Positions 1 through 12,924 of a stretch of 64,000 nt of DNA are shown here, one piece after another. How positions within the stretch are numbered: the first letter of the stretch is position 1; every line of letters begins with the position of its first letter. The notes under the pieces are model-generated. The model saw only the letters and a program-made list of their open reading frames with translations. It had not been told where the DNA came from and did no database searches. The position numbers and the translations under genes are program-made. This DNA comes from the human T2T-CHM13v2.0 reference genome, Homo sapiens, in assembly GCF_009914755.1 (NCBI RefSeq), contig NC_060943.1, one strand, 5' to 3'.

Positions 1-684
1 GGTCTCCAGCGTCCCTCCTGATGCTCCTCCCCAGCCCATGTGGTCCTCACAGGCCAGCCCTCCCCTCCCCTTGCCTGAGCAACAAAGCCCAGGCAACAAG
101 AGATATCTCCTGGAAGATAGCTTGACCATCTTGCTCCTGGGTAAGGAATAGGTGCTAGAATTTCACCCAGGTGGGCCAGACAGACCACCTGGTCCACAGC
201 AAGCCACTCCAGCCCACACTGGCCACAGCTGAAAATCACTCACTATCAGAAACATCCCCTGAGTCGCTTGTGTAAATTACCAGCCCTAAGAAACTCAAGG
301 TCAATGTCCCAGGGCTTCTTATTTTCTCTGCCTCCTGGCTGTGGTCTCTTTCCCTGAGAAAATCTGGGGAGTTGCAGGGCACCTAAAGGGATTTTTGTCG
401 CTTTCTCAGTTTGATTTTGTTGGGGGGAAGCCCAGAGGCCCGTGTGATATGCCACCAATCTACCAAAAGTTGACATCCACCTTGAAGCACAAGACCCAAG
501 GGGAAAAAAAAAAAAACTGATCCAAGATCAAACGTTGTAGGGCATGGTAATTTTTGAAGTTCTAAGAAACATTTACATTATTGTATTTTTTAAACCCTGG
601 TCTTTGTTCTTTGGGTTGCTAGTTTCCTCCCCGCCGACCCCCATTCCCACCTGGCAGACTGGAAGGCAAGGGACCCAGGGGGTA

Positions 685-757
685 CCTTGACTCTGCCACT
701 AATTGGTCATGAGGCTGCGGGCAAGGCTGCTCCCTTCCTTGGCCTCAGTTTCTCCAG
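685..757 (+). mobile_element. MIR fragment
   Basis: CTCTGCCACT...GGGCAAG...GCCTCAGTTTCTC resembles the MIR core. Confidence 0.6.
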
Positions 758-2209
758 GCACACTCAGCCTAGGGGTCTGGATCACTCTGTGAGCCTGGCA
801 GGGCCTGCCCAGTGAAGAGCGGGTCTGGCTTCCAGCAGGGGTCTGCCTCCTAGTCCCAGCTGGATTTGACTCGGTGCCCCTGGGAGGGTGAGGATGGAGG
901 CATTTTCTCCAGGCTCCTTAGCAGCACAGAAAAGGCATGCAAACCTTTCCGCTGTGGTCAGAGACAGCGAGCTCACTGCTGGACAGACCCCAGGGACTCC
1001 AGAATCAAGACTTCGTAGAATTGGGCTTGATGGTCTTAAAGGGAAATGTCAGGCCCAGATGGGATGCTGAGTTTATCTGCTGGGGTCCCGGCCTCCTGCT
1101 CGCTGGTTCCTTCCTGTGCCTCCGAGAGAAGATCTCCAATGGCAGCTGCTGTGTCTCCACTGGGCAGCATCAGAGTAAACAGCAGGTTCTGGGTCAGGCA
1201 CATCCTCCAGGAAAACCACTGGCTTCCCCACTGGCCTTGATGGAGGGACCCTGTGCCCACAGCACTCCCGCCCAGACCAGGCATCTGAAAGACAGGGAAC
1301 CTGCACTGAACCTGTCCTAGGAGGCAGCTCCCAGGTAGGGAGAGTTTGCCCACAGGCAGAGTGAGGACATGGCAGCCAGGGAGCCTCAGGACACTGGCTT
1401 TGGACACCCTAGACTGTGGCATCCTTGAGAGCTGGAATCAGCTCACTCTGCAGCCATCCCTCCAACCCCCAAGTCCCAACACAGAGCTATGGGAATTCCC
1501 CTCACTGATTTTTGTTTTCCAAATGCTGTGGCTACCATGTGGGTCCAAAGGGAGCCCCATATCTGTGGTCGGAATTGTCAAAAGCTAGTGATGGCGTGGC
1601 TGGATTTTCTCCCAGACTAGGGTGAGAAATAAAAAGAAGGGAAATGGGAAGGTTAGCCATTGGTTCTTCCAAGAGAGGACTTGAGGCTTGCGATTCACCA
1701 TTTTAAATAAAATAAATCCATTTTATTTCTCAGAAGCAGCCCCTTCATCCTCAGCAGTTCAGTCCAAGGACTAGATGGTGTGCAGGGGTGGAGGGTAAGG
1801 GCAGCAGACACCAGATTTGGGGTTCCCAGGAGCGACTGGCCAGCAGCCACTGCCCAGTCCTGGCTGACACTGACTGCAGCGCCAGCCACGCTGGGCACCT
1901 CACTCCCCTGAAGCGTGCCCTGGCACAAGCCTCCACAAAGCACTGAGTTGTAAGAGACTCCAGCAGGCATGTACCCCAAGAGATGATGAGAATTGGACTC
2001 AGAGAGACTAAGACACCTAAAAAGACTCAACCCCACATTCATTACCAGACACCTTCTGCAAGCATTCATCATTTCTTCTCTCCAGAAGTTTATGGACATG
2101 GAAGCAATACATTGAAACCATTTCTTAATGTCAAACAATAATAGCAGGTACTGATCTATCCAATAAGATGGAAAGATTATTTCCATTCAGTTAATTAGAA
2201 AACTTTACA

Positions 2210-2450
2210 ACTAACATTCACTGGATGCTAACTATCAGTCAGGCATGTTCTAAGTACTTTTCATGATCATTGCAGATAAAACTCATAACACCCATAGGTA
2301 GTAAATTTCACTATCAAGTTCGTTTTGCGAATGAACTTGAGGTTGAGGATCGGGCCCAGAGAGGTTAAGAAACTCGCTCAAGATCACACAGTTCATAAGT
2401 GGTAGAAATTTGAACCCAAGATGTCAGATTCAGCCTCTACTTAACGATGC
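2210..2450 (-). mobile_element. MIR SINE
   Basis: GAGAGGTTAAG..CTC.CTCAAGATCACACAG..TAAGTGG.AGA..TTTGAACCCA is the reverse MIR core. Confidence 0.75.
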
Positions 2451-4799
2451 TTTACACAAAGACCAGAGATTGAAAATTGTGTCCAAGCCACATAGCTGCT
2501 ATGCTGAGAGGTGCAGACTGAGCTGCAGGCTCTCAGGCTTTCAGCCTGATGGATGAGTACAGTATTCACAGTGCATTCTGGACACAGGAGCCCTTGGGAG
2601 GTGGTACATCGTGAGGATCCTGCTGTGCTGCAGCCTCAAAGGCAGGATGCGTGCCTGCCAGTCTCAGTCCCTGCAACATTCTCCACCATTAGATGATTCT
2701 GAGGCTTTGTAGAGTCCAGAGTGAGGAGCCCCCAGGACTGACACTGGTGACCACCACCTGAGAAAATGGAGCCCATCCACACTGCCTTCCTTCCTCGCAG
2801 GCCAGACCAACCTCTTGTGCAAAACCGGTCTTGTGTCTTTCCCTCCCTCTCTCCTCTCTCTCTCCCTCCCAATCCCTCAACCCAGAACACAGGCTGCATC
2901 TACACTCATCCCTCACACCTTCACGGGGACCACAAGACATGAATCACTTCTCTCTGTCAAGGTTATATTTTCTTGTTTTAAAAAGAGCACCTATTCTTCT
3001 TATTATTCTGAGGATTAAAAAAAAAGTGGCATCTTTTTTTGGCTGAGAAGGTGGCTGAATTTTTCAATATATTCATGCAAACGAGATATTTCATCTCATG
3101 GATTTTATCCCAGTTCTGTCTATGCACATTTTAAATAAATTAAGATGAAATAAATCCATTTTATTATATTACCCGGTGCCATCTCCATGAAATAATGCCC
3201 ATATTTGTATTTCCTAAGGAATGTTGACGTGGCTAAAAATGTTTCAGCAAGTGTAATCTTTGAGGATTGTACTGCCAGAAAAAAAATAAACCTAGGCCTT
3301 TGTTTAGAGCCCGGAGTGGCACCACTTTTGATTGAAATGGCTTGAAATATCCAACCCCAAAACATGGACAAGGCAGTAAAGTATACAGAATTGATCACCC
3401 TTGGCTCAGAAACAAAAGTGCTATGCCTTCCTTTGTTTTCTTAACATCTGTTCTCTCCCTCCCAGCATAAACCACCCCACAGAAATAAATTACACAGCCT
3501 CCCTTTTTTGGGAGAAGAGAAACGGGGATTTGCAGTGGCCAGACCTGAGGTGCCCAGGGCAGACTAGCCAAACTCTCCTTGCTCCCTGGGTGGCCGCCGC
3601 AGAGACTCCAGACTATGTGCTCCTAGCAGGTGCTACTGCTGACCTTGAAAACCCCAGCATCTCCACTTTCCACTTCCCTCAAGAGATGGAAGAAACAACA
3701 TGAACCCTGGGAGAAGAAGCTCTGTGGCATCTTGTTTTCCTTTAAAAGGCAGGTGGACCAGTGCTGGTGACACCTGCAAAGTTAACACTGCAGCCCACCA
3801 GCCATCAAAATCAAGAAGAGCTAAGGAAAGCAGAACCAAGGTGTGGCTTAAATCACTCATTTGCCCCTTTCATGCAGGAGATAAACTAGGCTCACAAAGA
3901 ATGGATGGAAGTGAATGATAGGCCAATCTGTCAACAAGAGCCAAATCCTGGGGCTGTGGTTTTTGTAGAACCCCAGGTATAAGTTGGGGGTAAAATATAT
4001 ATGTATATATCATGTTGTGGGAGGGCAACTACTGGCTTCAATCTAAAGCCCTGGACCCCTCTCTCCTGCTCACACATCCTCCACATCCCCTTCCCTACCA
4101 TTCCCTGGCACTTCTCACTCTCCACCTTGAGTTACACTTAACATATGTTGGCTGGATGGACAGACAGACGGACTACTCAATTACACCCAGCCCAGCCCTT
4201 TCTAAACAACCACCCAGCTGTTGCAAACAGTGGCAATAACTGCTGGGTCTGTGTACAAACAGCAGGGGACCACCTGGGATGCATGAGCCCTCAAGGCCAA
4301 AGCCAGCATCTCCACAAGCCTGAGCATCACAGCTAAGGAACCTGGCTCTTTTTGTGGCTGTGCTTGGAGATATGATTCACATACTTTCTGGCCAAAAATG
4401 AGATGCCTCATCATCTGAGATGCTGCGAGGTTCCCCAGCAAGAACTCAACACAAATGTACAACAGCCTCCCGGTAGAATAGCCTATTTCCCATCTCCAGG
4501 ACGGGCAAGGGCTTTCACTTGCCAGAGAGTCACCAGCAGCTTGGAAAGACACTTCCGACCGTACAGAAAGGGGTTCCCTTTGAATGGCAGAGATTGTATC
4601 AGGTGCTAATAGGACGAAGTGACCCCCAGACCCCCTCCTGTGTGCATCCTTAAATGTCCTAATGAGGCGGCAGCCCTCCTTCCATTAAATGTAAGGAGAT
4701 CCAGACTTCCTTTCCCAGGCCTTCATCAGGGCCAGTTATGGAACACTCATGAGGCCTCGTAGCAAAATCCCCAACCTTCTGCAGCTCGCACAGCCAAGT

Positions 4800-5230
4800 G
4801 CTATTCTAGGCTGGCTCCTCCTCCCTCCACCGCTATTAGTGTCAATTAGGTTCGGCATGACAGGCCACCTTTGACAAAATGCTGGAGCAACAAAGACATA
4901 AACAACGCCAAAGCCTTTGGAGTTGATGTATGGTTGCATTTAATAAACATTTGTTTGCATATTTTTTATCATGCTAATGAATATAATTACTTTAATTTAT
5001 GTCATCAAGCTATGATTCTGTTCTGATCTATACGTCACTTAAATGTGTAGCGTTAGCATTTTGCACACACTGGCAATTTAAGAAGGGAAAGGATTCGCCC
5101 CTCCTGTGAGAACTTGGAGCAACATTCCAGAGTTGCGCACGCCCTTGAAAAAGCTAAACCGAGCTCTGCAGCTGGGACCCCCATCCTCGCACCCCTGCAA
5201 GGATAGGTACGCCTTCCACGGCCTGACAGA
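4800..5230. promoter_or_regulatory. Candidate conserved non-coding/enhancer element
   Basis: Repeat-free; TGTCAATTA, TGACAG, AACAAAG, TAAACA x2, TGTTTGCATA, TAATTA motifs; retained CpGs at 5030-5220. Confidence 0.35.
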
Positions 5231-5477
5231 CCTTTTCCAAAGAGCACACATTTTTATTTCTCTGTAATCTCCCCAAAAGAGGCCACTGAATACTTGCCCA
5301 CAGCATAATGCTAAACACAGCCATGAAAAAAAAAGAGTTAAAATCGTATTAATGGGTTTTACTGATTATAAAAGTAAAGCAAGTTTATTTTAGAGAATTT
5401 GAGAAAACACAGATCACAGGAAGAGACTAGGTGAAGATGATAAGCTAAACTTCTACTCTCAAAATCCTTTGAAATCA

Positions 5478-5625
5478 AATATATATATTTATATTAATAT
5501 ATTTTATATAGATAAGAGGATATATAATATATATTTACGTAAATATATATTTCAGCTATATATAAATATACATTTAGGAGAATATATATTATATATGTAA
5601 AATATATATTTAGAAGAATATATAT
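5478..5625. repeat. (TA)n-rich low-complexity tract
   Basis: Degenerate ATATATAT runs. Confidence 0.9.
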
Positions 5626-7710
5626 GCATATTAGTCTAAACTGCACTAGAATACAGGAAGGGTTATTCTTGGTAGAACAGACTCATGATAAGCAAAACAT
5701 ACATTCAGAAAAGAAGCACAAGAAATGTTACAAGGTGCACCAAGAATGTGCCAAGCTTGGATGGGGCACCCCCGGAGCACCTGCAGTGCACTGGTTGAGC
5801 AACTATTGCAGGAGAACTGAGGTGGGTTACCCCTAACCATTGCCTTTCCATGGCCAGCATGTTAAGCAGCGTTATGGACAGGCACTGGCCTGTGGTAGAG
5901 ACATTGTTTATGAGTACCTGCTCCATAGAGACAGGGCAGTGCCCAGATGATCTGAGCCTTCACTCAGAATGGGCCAGCTCCCTGACCCCTAATACATGAG
6001 GGCAAGCTATAGAAAAAGATTAAAAATTAACTGAGTTGGCTAAGACTCCTGTCTCCCACCCAGGGTCACTGTGCAACGCCCATGCCCCAGAGGCACTAGC
6101 AAGGGGAGTCATGTCACAGCATGTTGCTCTACACCAATAAGACATCTCCTTCCCCATAAGGCCTTAATTTCTCCCTTCCACTCAGACATACCATGAAGCC
6201 ACAAGGCCACTGGCAAGGAGATCCTGACATAACAACCATATGGTCCAGGAAGCTCTCTCCATCCCCCACTGGCAAGGGGGGGAACCCATCACACAAGCAG
6301 ACAGCCTGGGAAGTGCGCTCTGTCTATCAGAGACCCTTCCCCAGTAAGGTTTACCAGATGGCTCAGCCTGGGGAAGCTTCTTCTTCCCATTCAAGCACCA
6401 GCAGGGACCAGCGAAAGCCTCAGTCACAGGAGATAAACCAAGCAGACCAAAATAACACCACATAGGCTCTGAAAATTAGACTGTCATTGGAACCATAGCC
6501 TTTAAAAGTAGGCCAGGGCCTGCATGCCAAATCTAAACAGGGTGACTGCCTGCTAAAATGAAAGATTTAAATAGGAACCAGAGTCTCCTAAAATAACATC
6601 CAAAATGTTAAGGATACAATCGAAAGTCACCCATCGTACCAAGAACCAGCAAAAACACAAGTTGAGTGAAAAAAGACAATTCATAGATGCCAACACTGAG
6701 ATGAGTCAGATGTTAAAATTAACTGACAAGGGTTTTAAAAGTAAGTATCATAAAAGTGGTTCAACAAGCAATTACATGTTATCTTGCAACAAATGAAATA
6801 TTTTAAAAATCAGTAAAATTCAGTAAGGAAACATAACTTATTAAAAATAACTAAATTATAGAATTGAAAAATTCCGTAATAGAAATAGAAAACTGCTAGA
6901 TAGGCTTAATACTGAATGGAGGCAACAGAAAATAAAATTGGTGAACCTGAGAATAGACCATGAAATTCATCCATTCTGAAAAATGTAGAACATAGACTGA
7001 AAAAAACAAACAGACCTGTGGATAATAACAAAAGGTGCAACATTGGCATTATTGTAGTCCTAGAGAATGAGAAAAAGAGTGAGGCTGAAAGAGCATTCAA
7101 AGAAATAGGCTGAAAACTTCCCAGATTAGTCAAAAGATATAAACCCACAGATTCAAAAAGGTAGCAAACACCAAATAATATAAAATCAAAAAAGTCATGC
7201 CAAGACACATCATAATTAAAACTGAAAACTGAAGACAAACAAGAGTCTTGAGAGCAGCTAGAGAAACCTACACATTACCAAAGAAAACACCAAATTGAAT
7301 GACAGAAGATTTCACACCTGAAACCATGGAGTCCAGAAGGAAGTAGCAGTACATTTCTCAAGTGCTGAAAGAAAAAAAACTGTGAACTGGAAATTCTATA
7401 CCCAACAAAACTATCCTTTGGGAATGAAGGAGAGGTAAATTCTCAGATGAAGAAAAACTGAAAGAACTTATCACTAGCAGACCTATTCATAAAGTACAGC
7501 TGAACAAAGTTCTTCAACTAGAAAGGAAACAATAATAAAAGAGATCTCAGATATTCAGGAAGGAAGAAAGAACTATGGAAAGACTAGAAATGTGAATAAA
7601 CACAATAGACTCTCCTTCTCCTAATGAGTCTTCTAAATCACATGTGATGATTGAAACAAAAACTATTGACACCATCTGCCATACAAGATGATATTTAAAA
7701 GTGGAAATAT

Positions 7711-8452
7711 TTTTTAATTATTTTAATTTTTAATTTTTTTATTTCAATAGGTTTCTGGGGGAACAGGTGGTGTTTGATTACATGAATAAGTTCTTCAGTG
7801 GTGATTTCTGAGACTTTGGTGCACCCATCAGCCAAGCAGAGTACACTATACCCGAGGTGTAGTCCGTCACCATCCTCACCCTTTCCCCTGAGTCTCCAAA
7901 GTCCAATGTATTATTCTTATACCTTTGCATCCTCATAGCTTAGCCCCCACATATGAGTGAGAACATATAATGTTTAGTTTTCCATTCCTGACTTAGTTCG
8001 CTTAGAATAATAGTCTCCAGTTCCATCCAGGTTGCTGCAAATGCCATCATTTTGTTCCTTTTTATGGCTGAGTAGTATTAAATGGCATATACATACCATA
8101 GTTTCTTTAACCACTCATTGATTGATGGGCATTTGGGCTGGTTCCCTATTTTTGCAATTGCAAATTGTGCTGCTATAAACGTGTGTGCAAGTATCTTGTT
8201 TGTATAATGACTTCCTTTCTTCTGGGTAGATACCTAGTAGTGGGATTGCTAGATCAAATGGTAGATCAACTTTTAGTTCTTTAATGAATCTCCATACTGT
8301 TTTCCATAGTGGTTGCACTAGTTTACATTCCAACCAACAGTGCAAAAGTGTTCTCTTTTCACCACATCCATGCCAACATTTAATATTTTATTTTTTTGAT
8401 TATGGCCATTCTTGCAGGAGTGAGGTGGTATAGCATTGTGGTTTCAATTAGC
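7711..8452 (-). mobile_element. 5'-truncated L1PB-type element inserted antisense into the L1MD
   Basis: T-tail followed by GGGGAACAGGTGGTGTTTG...; TSD ATTTAAAAGTGGAAATAT at 7693-7710 and 8453-8470. Confidence 0.9.
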
Positions 8453-9099
8453 ATTTAAAAGTGGAAATATTTTTTTAAAGGGAGGACCTAAATGTAATTA
8501 AAGTTTCCACACTTTACTCAAAGTTGCAAAATGTTATTAGTTGCCATTTTGATATTGTGATATCTGCAGCAACAACTAAGAAAACTACACAAAATTATAT
8601 ACCCCAAAACACTACAAATAATTCAGCATAAAATTCTTAAAAATATTCAAGTAACCTATAGAAAGGCAAGAATGGAGAAATAGAGGAAATAGAAAACAAA
8701 ATAAAATAAAATGTCAGGCTCAAGACCAAACATATCAATAGTTACCTTAAAGGTAAGTAGCCTAAATATACTAATTAAATGAGATTAGAAGAGTAAATTT
8801 AAAAATCACAACCCACCTAGAAGCTGTTTATAAGTAATTCACTTCAAATTCAACAACATAAGTATGTTGAAAATAAAATAGGAAAAGTTATATATCATAA
8901 AGACATTAATTTCTAAGACGAAAAAATGCTTATATTAATAGCCAAAAGAGTGAACTTCAGACCAAGAAAAATTACTGTAGACAGAAAGACATTACACAAT
9001 TGACAAAAGTGCCAATCCACCAGGAAGACAAAACAATCATAGATGGGTACACACCAAATAACAAAGGTTCAAACATATGAAACAAAAAATGACAGAGCT

Positions 9100-9395
9100 A
9101 GCTGGGCATAGTGGCTCACACCTGTAATCCTAGCACTTTGGGAGGCCAAGGCAGGTGGATCCCCTGAGGTCAGGAGTTCAAGACCAGCTTGGCCAACATG
9201 GTGAAACTCCATCTCTACTAAAAATGCAAAAATTAGCTGGGCATGGTGGCATGCTCCTGTAGTCTCAGCTACTCAGGAGGCTGAGGCAGGAGAATCTCTT
9301 GAACCCAGGAGGCAGAGGTTGCAGTGAGCTAAGATCATGCCACTACACTCCAGCCTGGGTGACAGAGAGAGACCCCATCTCAAGAAAAAAAAAAA
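9100..9395 (+). mobile_element. AluS
   Basis: Full dimer with A tail; AGAGCT on both flanks. Confidence 0.95.
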
Positions 9396-11566
9396 TAGAG
9401 CTTAAAAGAGAAATAGATAAATCCATAATTATAATTGGGGACTTGAGACCCTCAGCATCTGACAGAACTACTGAACAGAAAATCAGCAAGGATAGAAATG
9501 ATTTGCAAAATACAACCAACCACCAGGATCTCATTGGCATATATTTAATACTCCACCAAAACAACAGAAGAATATACATTTTTTTCCAAGGGCCTATAGA
9601 AAATTCACCAAAATAAACCAAATTGTGAGCCATAAAATAAACCCCAACAAATATAAAAGAATTTAAATTATCCAAAGTATGCCTTCTGACTACAGCAAAA
9701 TCAAACTAGAAATCAGAAAAGGAAGAGAAAAGGAAGATGAAAGAAAGACAACAAGAAAATGTCTAAGCACTTGGAAATTAAATAACATACTTCCAAGTAA
9801 TTCATCGGTCAATGAGGAAGCCTCAAAGGACACGGAAATTTTAAAAGATAGAACTGAATACAAACAAAAATACAACATATAAAAATAAATGGGATGCAGC
9901 TAAAGCAGTCCTTAGGGAAAATTTATAGCACTAGATTCACACATTAAAACAGAGGAAATGTCTCAAATCAATAATCTGAGCAAAATAAACCCCCAAAAAG
10001 CAGAGGAAGGAAATAATAAATATCAGAGCAGACATCAATGAAAATGAAAATGGGAAAACATACTTAATGACAAAAGACTGAGTACTTTCCCTCTAGGGGC
10101 AGAATTAAGGCAAGGTTGTTGCCTGTACCACCTTTACTGAGCACAGTAAACGGAAGTTCTAGCCACTGAACAAGTAAATGAGAAGAAACAAAAGACATAT
10201 ATATTGGAAAGGAACAAATAAAGCCATCCCTAATAATAATTTAAATTCTTTTATGTTTGTTGGGGTTTGCTTTATGACCTATGATTTGGTTTATTTTGGT
10301 GAATTTTCCATAGGCCCTTGAAAAAAATTTGTATTCTGCTGTTGTTTGGGTGAAGTATTATATACATGCCAATGAGATCCTGACAGTTGATTGTGTTTTT
10401 CAGAGAAAAATCAAAGAAACAAAAAGCTATTTCTTTGAAAAAATTAATAAATTTTAGCAAGAGTGTCAAATATAAAATGAGAAAAACACAACTTATGAGT
10501 ATCAGGGATAAAGAAGGAATATTCCTATAGATCTTGGAAACATCAAAAAATAATATGAGAATACTACAAACATTTCCTTCAACAGCTGAGGAAAAAAAGT
10601 GGGCCAATTTCTCAAAAAACGCAAACTAGCAAAATTCAGTTAAATCAAATATATAATGTGACTAGATCTAACCATTACAGAATTGAATTCATACTTTAAA
10701 ATCTGCCCTCCTTAAAAAAAAAGAAAGAAAGAAAGAAATCTCCAGGCCCAGATGGCTTTACTGGAGAATCCTATCAAACATTTAAAAATTAACATCAATA
10801 ACACCAATTTTACACAAACTACTCCAGAAAACAGAAGAAGAGAGAACATTTCTCAACTTATTTTATGAGTCCTGTATTACTCTGATATCAAAATCATATA
10901 AAAAAATTTTAAAGAAAATTGCAGACTATTAGCTGTCATGAACTTAGATGCAAAAACTCTCAACAAAATATTAGCAAATCAAATCTGACAATCTATTAAA
11001 ATAATTATATGCCATAACCAAATGGGATTTATCCCAGGTATGCAAGGCTGGTTCAATATTCAAAAATCAGTCAATGTAATACATCATATCAACACTCTAA
11101 GAAGTTTAATCATATGATCAGATCAATTGACAACTCAAAAGCATTTGACAAAACCTAATACCCACTCAGGATAAAAATTCTCAGAAAGTTAGGAATGGAA
11201 GGGAACTACATCCACTTGATAAAGAGCATCTACAAAACCACTACAGCCAACATTATACTTAATGACAAAAGACTGAATACTTTCCCTCTAGGGCCAGGAT
11301 CAAAGCAAGGTTGTTGCCTGTACCACTTTTATTGAGCACAGTCAGCAGTTCTAGCCACTGTAATGAGTAAATGAGAAGAAATAAAAGACATACATATTGA
11401 AAAAGAAGAAATAAAACCATCCCTACTTGAAAATGACATAATTATCTACATAGAAAATACCAAGGGACTTACAAAAACATTCCTAGAATGAATAAGTAAG
11501 GTTAGCAAGGCCACAGGATGAAAAAGCAACACAAAAATCAACTGCATTTTTATATATTAACAATGA

Positions 11567-11864
11567 GGCTGGGCGTGGTGGCTCAGACCTGTAATCCCAG
11601 CACTGTGGGAGGCCGAGGCGGGCCTCTTGAGGTCAGGACTTTGAGACAGGCCTGGCCAACATGGCGAAATCCCGTCTCTACAAAATACAAAATAATTAGC
11701 CGAGTGTGGTGGTGGGTGCCTGTAATCCCAGCTGCTCAGGAGGCTGGGGCAGGAGAATTGCTTGAACCCAGGGGGCGGAGGTTGCAGTGAGCTGAGATTG
11801 CACTGCACTCCAGCCTGGGTGACAGAGCAAGACTCTGCCAAAAAAAAAAAGCAAACGAACAAAA
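11567..11864 (+). mobile_element. AluS
   Basis: Full dimer with A tail; AACAAT on both flanks. Confidence 0.95.
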
Positions 11865-12050
11865 ACAATCAATATGTAGAAATCCAAATTAAGGCCACAA
11901 TAACATTTATAATCACTCCAGGGAAAATGATACAATGAAAAACTATAGTTTTACAAGATGTTACTATTGTATAAAGGGCACATGGGAACACTGTTGTTTC
12001 CTACAACTGCACATGAATCTACAATTATCTCAAAATAAAGTTTTTAAAAG

Positions 12051-12340
12051 GCACAGCCCTTTGGAAAACATTTTGACACATTATTATAAAGTTAAAGCAT
12101 ATACTTACCATTTGACCAAGCAATTCCACTTCTAGGTATTTACCCAAGAGAAATGAAGACGTATGTCCACATTTAAAAATCTACATGCAATTATTTGTAA
12201 TCACCAAAACTGGAAACAACTCAAACGTCTATCAACTGGTGAATAGATTAACAAACTGTATACATTCATACAATAGAATTCTACTTAACAGTAAAAAAAT
12301 TATTGATTATTGATACATGTAACAACACAGATGGATTGTG
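12051..12340 (+). mobile_element. L1ME-type ORF2 end/3' fragment
   Basis: GCAATTCCACTTCTAGGTATTTACCCAAGAGAAATGAA...CTGGAAACAACTCAAA. Confidence 0.8.
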
Positions 12341-12514
12341 TGATTTTCAAAAACCGCAGAAAAAAGGCCTTTAGGTTGAAAGGATTCGTAAATATTAAGC
12401 AGAAAGACAGAACAAAATTGAAATGAGAGTTACCTCCTCTGCAAAAGTCAGAGTGCCAAGAAAAAGATAGAACCCTAAAAACTTCCAGAAAAAAAATGTT
12501 ACCTGCAAAAGAAA

Positions 12515-12578
12515 AAGGATCATATTGTCACCTGACTTTTTTGAGCAAGGATCATATTGGCACCTGACTTTTTTGAAC
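12515..12578. repeat. 32-bp tandem duplication within an old L1/HAL1-like remnant
   Basis: AAGGATCATATTGTCACCTGACTTTTTTGAGC followed by AAGGATCATATTGGCACCTGACTTTTTTGAAC (2 mismatches). Confidence 0.95.
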
Positions 12579-12924
12579 ATATCATAACATTTTTGAGATA
12601 GAATTATATTAAATTTACATTTCTGTACCAAGCCAAAACATCAGTCAAGCTTTAGGGTAAAACAAACTAAAATAATAATTCAAGAGTATTAGGAGATAAT
12701 AAACCATAGTGCACAAAGAAATCAGTAAAATTTATAGTTGGGTCTAATTCATTAATTGACTGAAAGAAAGTTAAACAAACTGGGAATAAAATCTCTACTG
12801 ATAATGATACCAGAGGTGTGGGATACAGGTTGAGAAGGAGTAGGAAGTAAATAGTAGGGAGAAGATATTAATTTTAGACATTAAAAGAAAATATTATTAA
12901 GATTTTCAGAGTAAATACAAACAA

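Larger units (their letters stand above)
6000..12050 (+). mobile_element. Old decayed L1 (L1MD-like): 5' region, ORF1, ORF2 EN/RT remnants and 3' terminus, with nested insertions
   Basis: A-rich ORF1-like sequence at 6600-7600; EN-domain start near 8730 (ATATCAATAGTTACCTTAAA); RT-like GGGATTTATCCCAGGTATGCAAGGCTGGTTCAATATT at ~11024; L1MD-type end CTACAACTGCACATGAATCTACAATTATCTCAAAATAAA at ~12001-12039. The 5' boundary is approximate. Confidence 0.85.

Noticed and set aside
2086-2147. Possible 62-nt exon (TTTCTTCTCTCCAG ... CAG/GTACTG)
   Set aside because: Splice-like words are common, there are no partner exons, and it cannot be supported without RNA data
1695-2186. 163-aa minus-strand ORF
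   Set aside because: No recognisable protein features; length is within chance expectation for 64 kb
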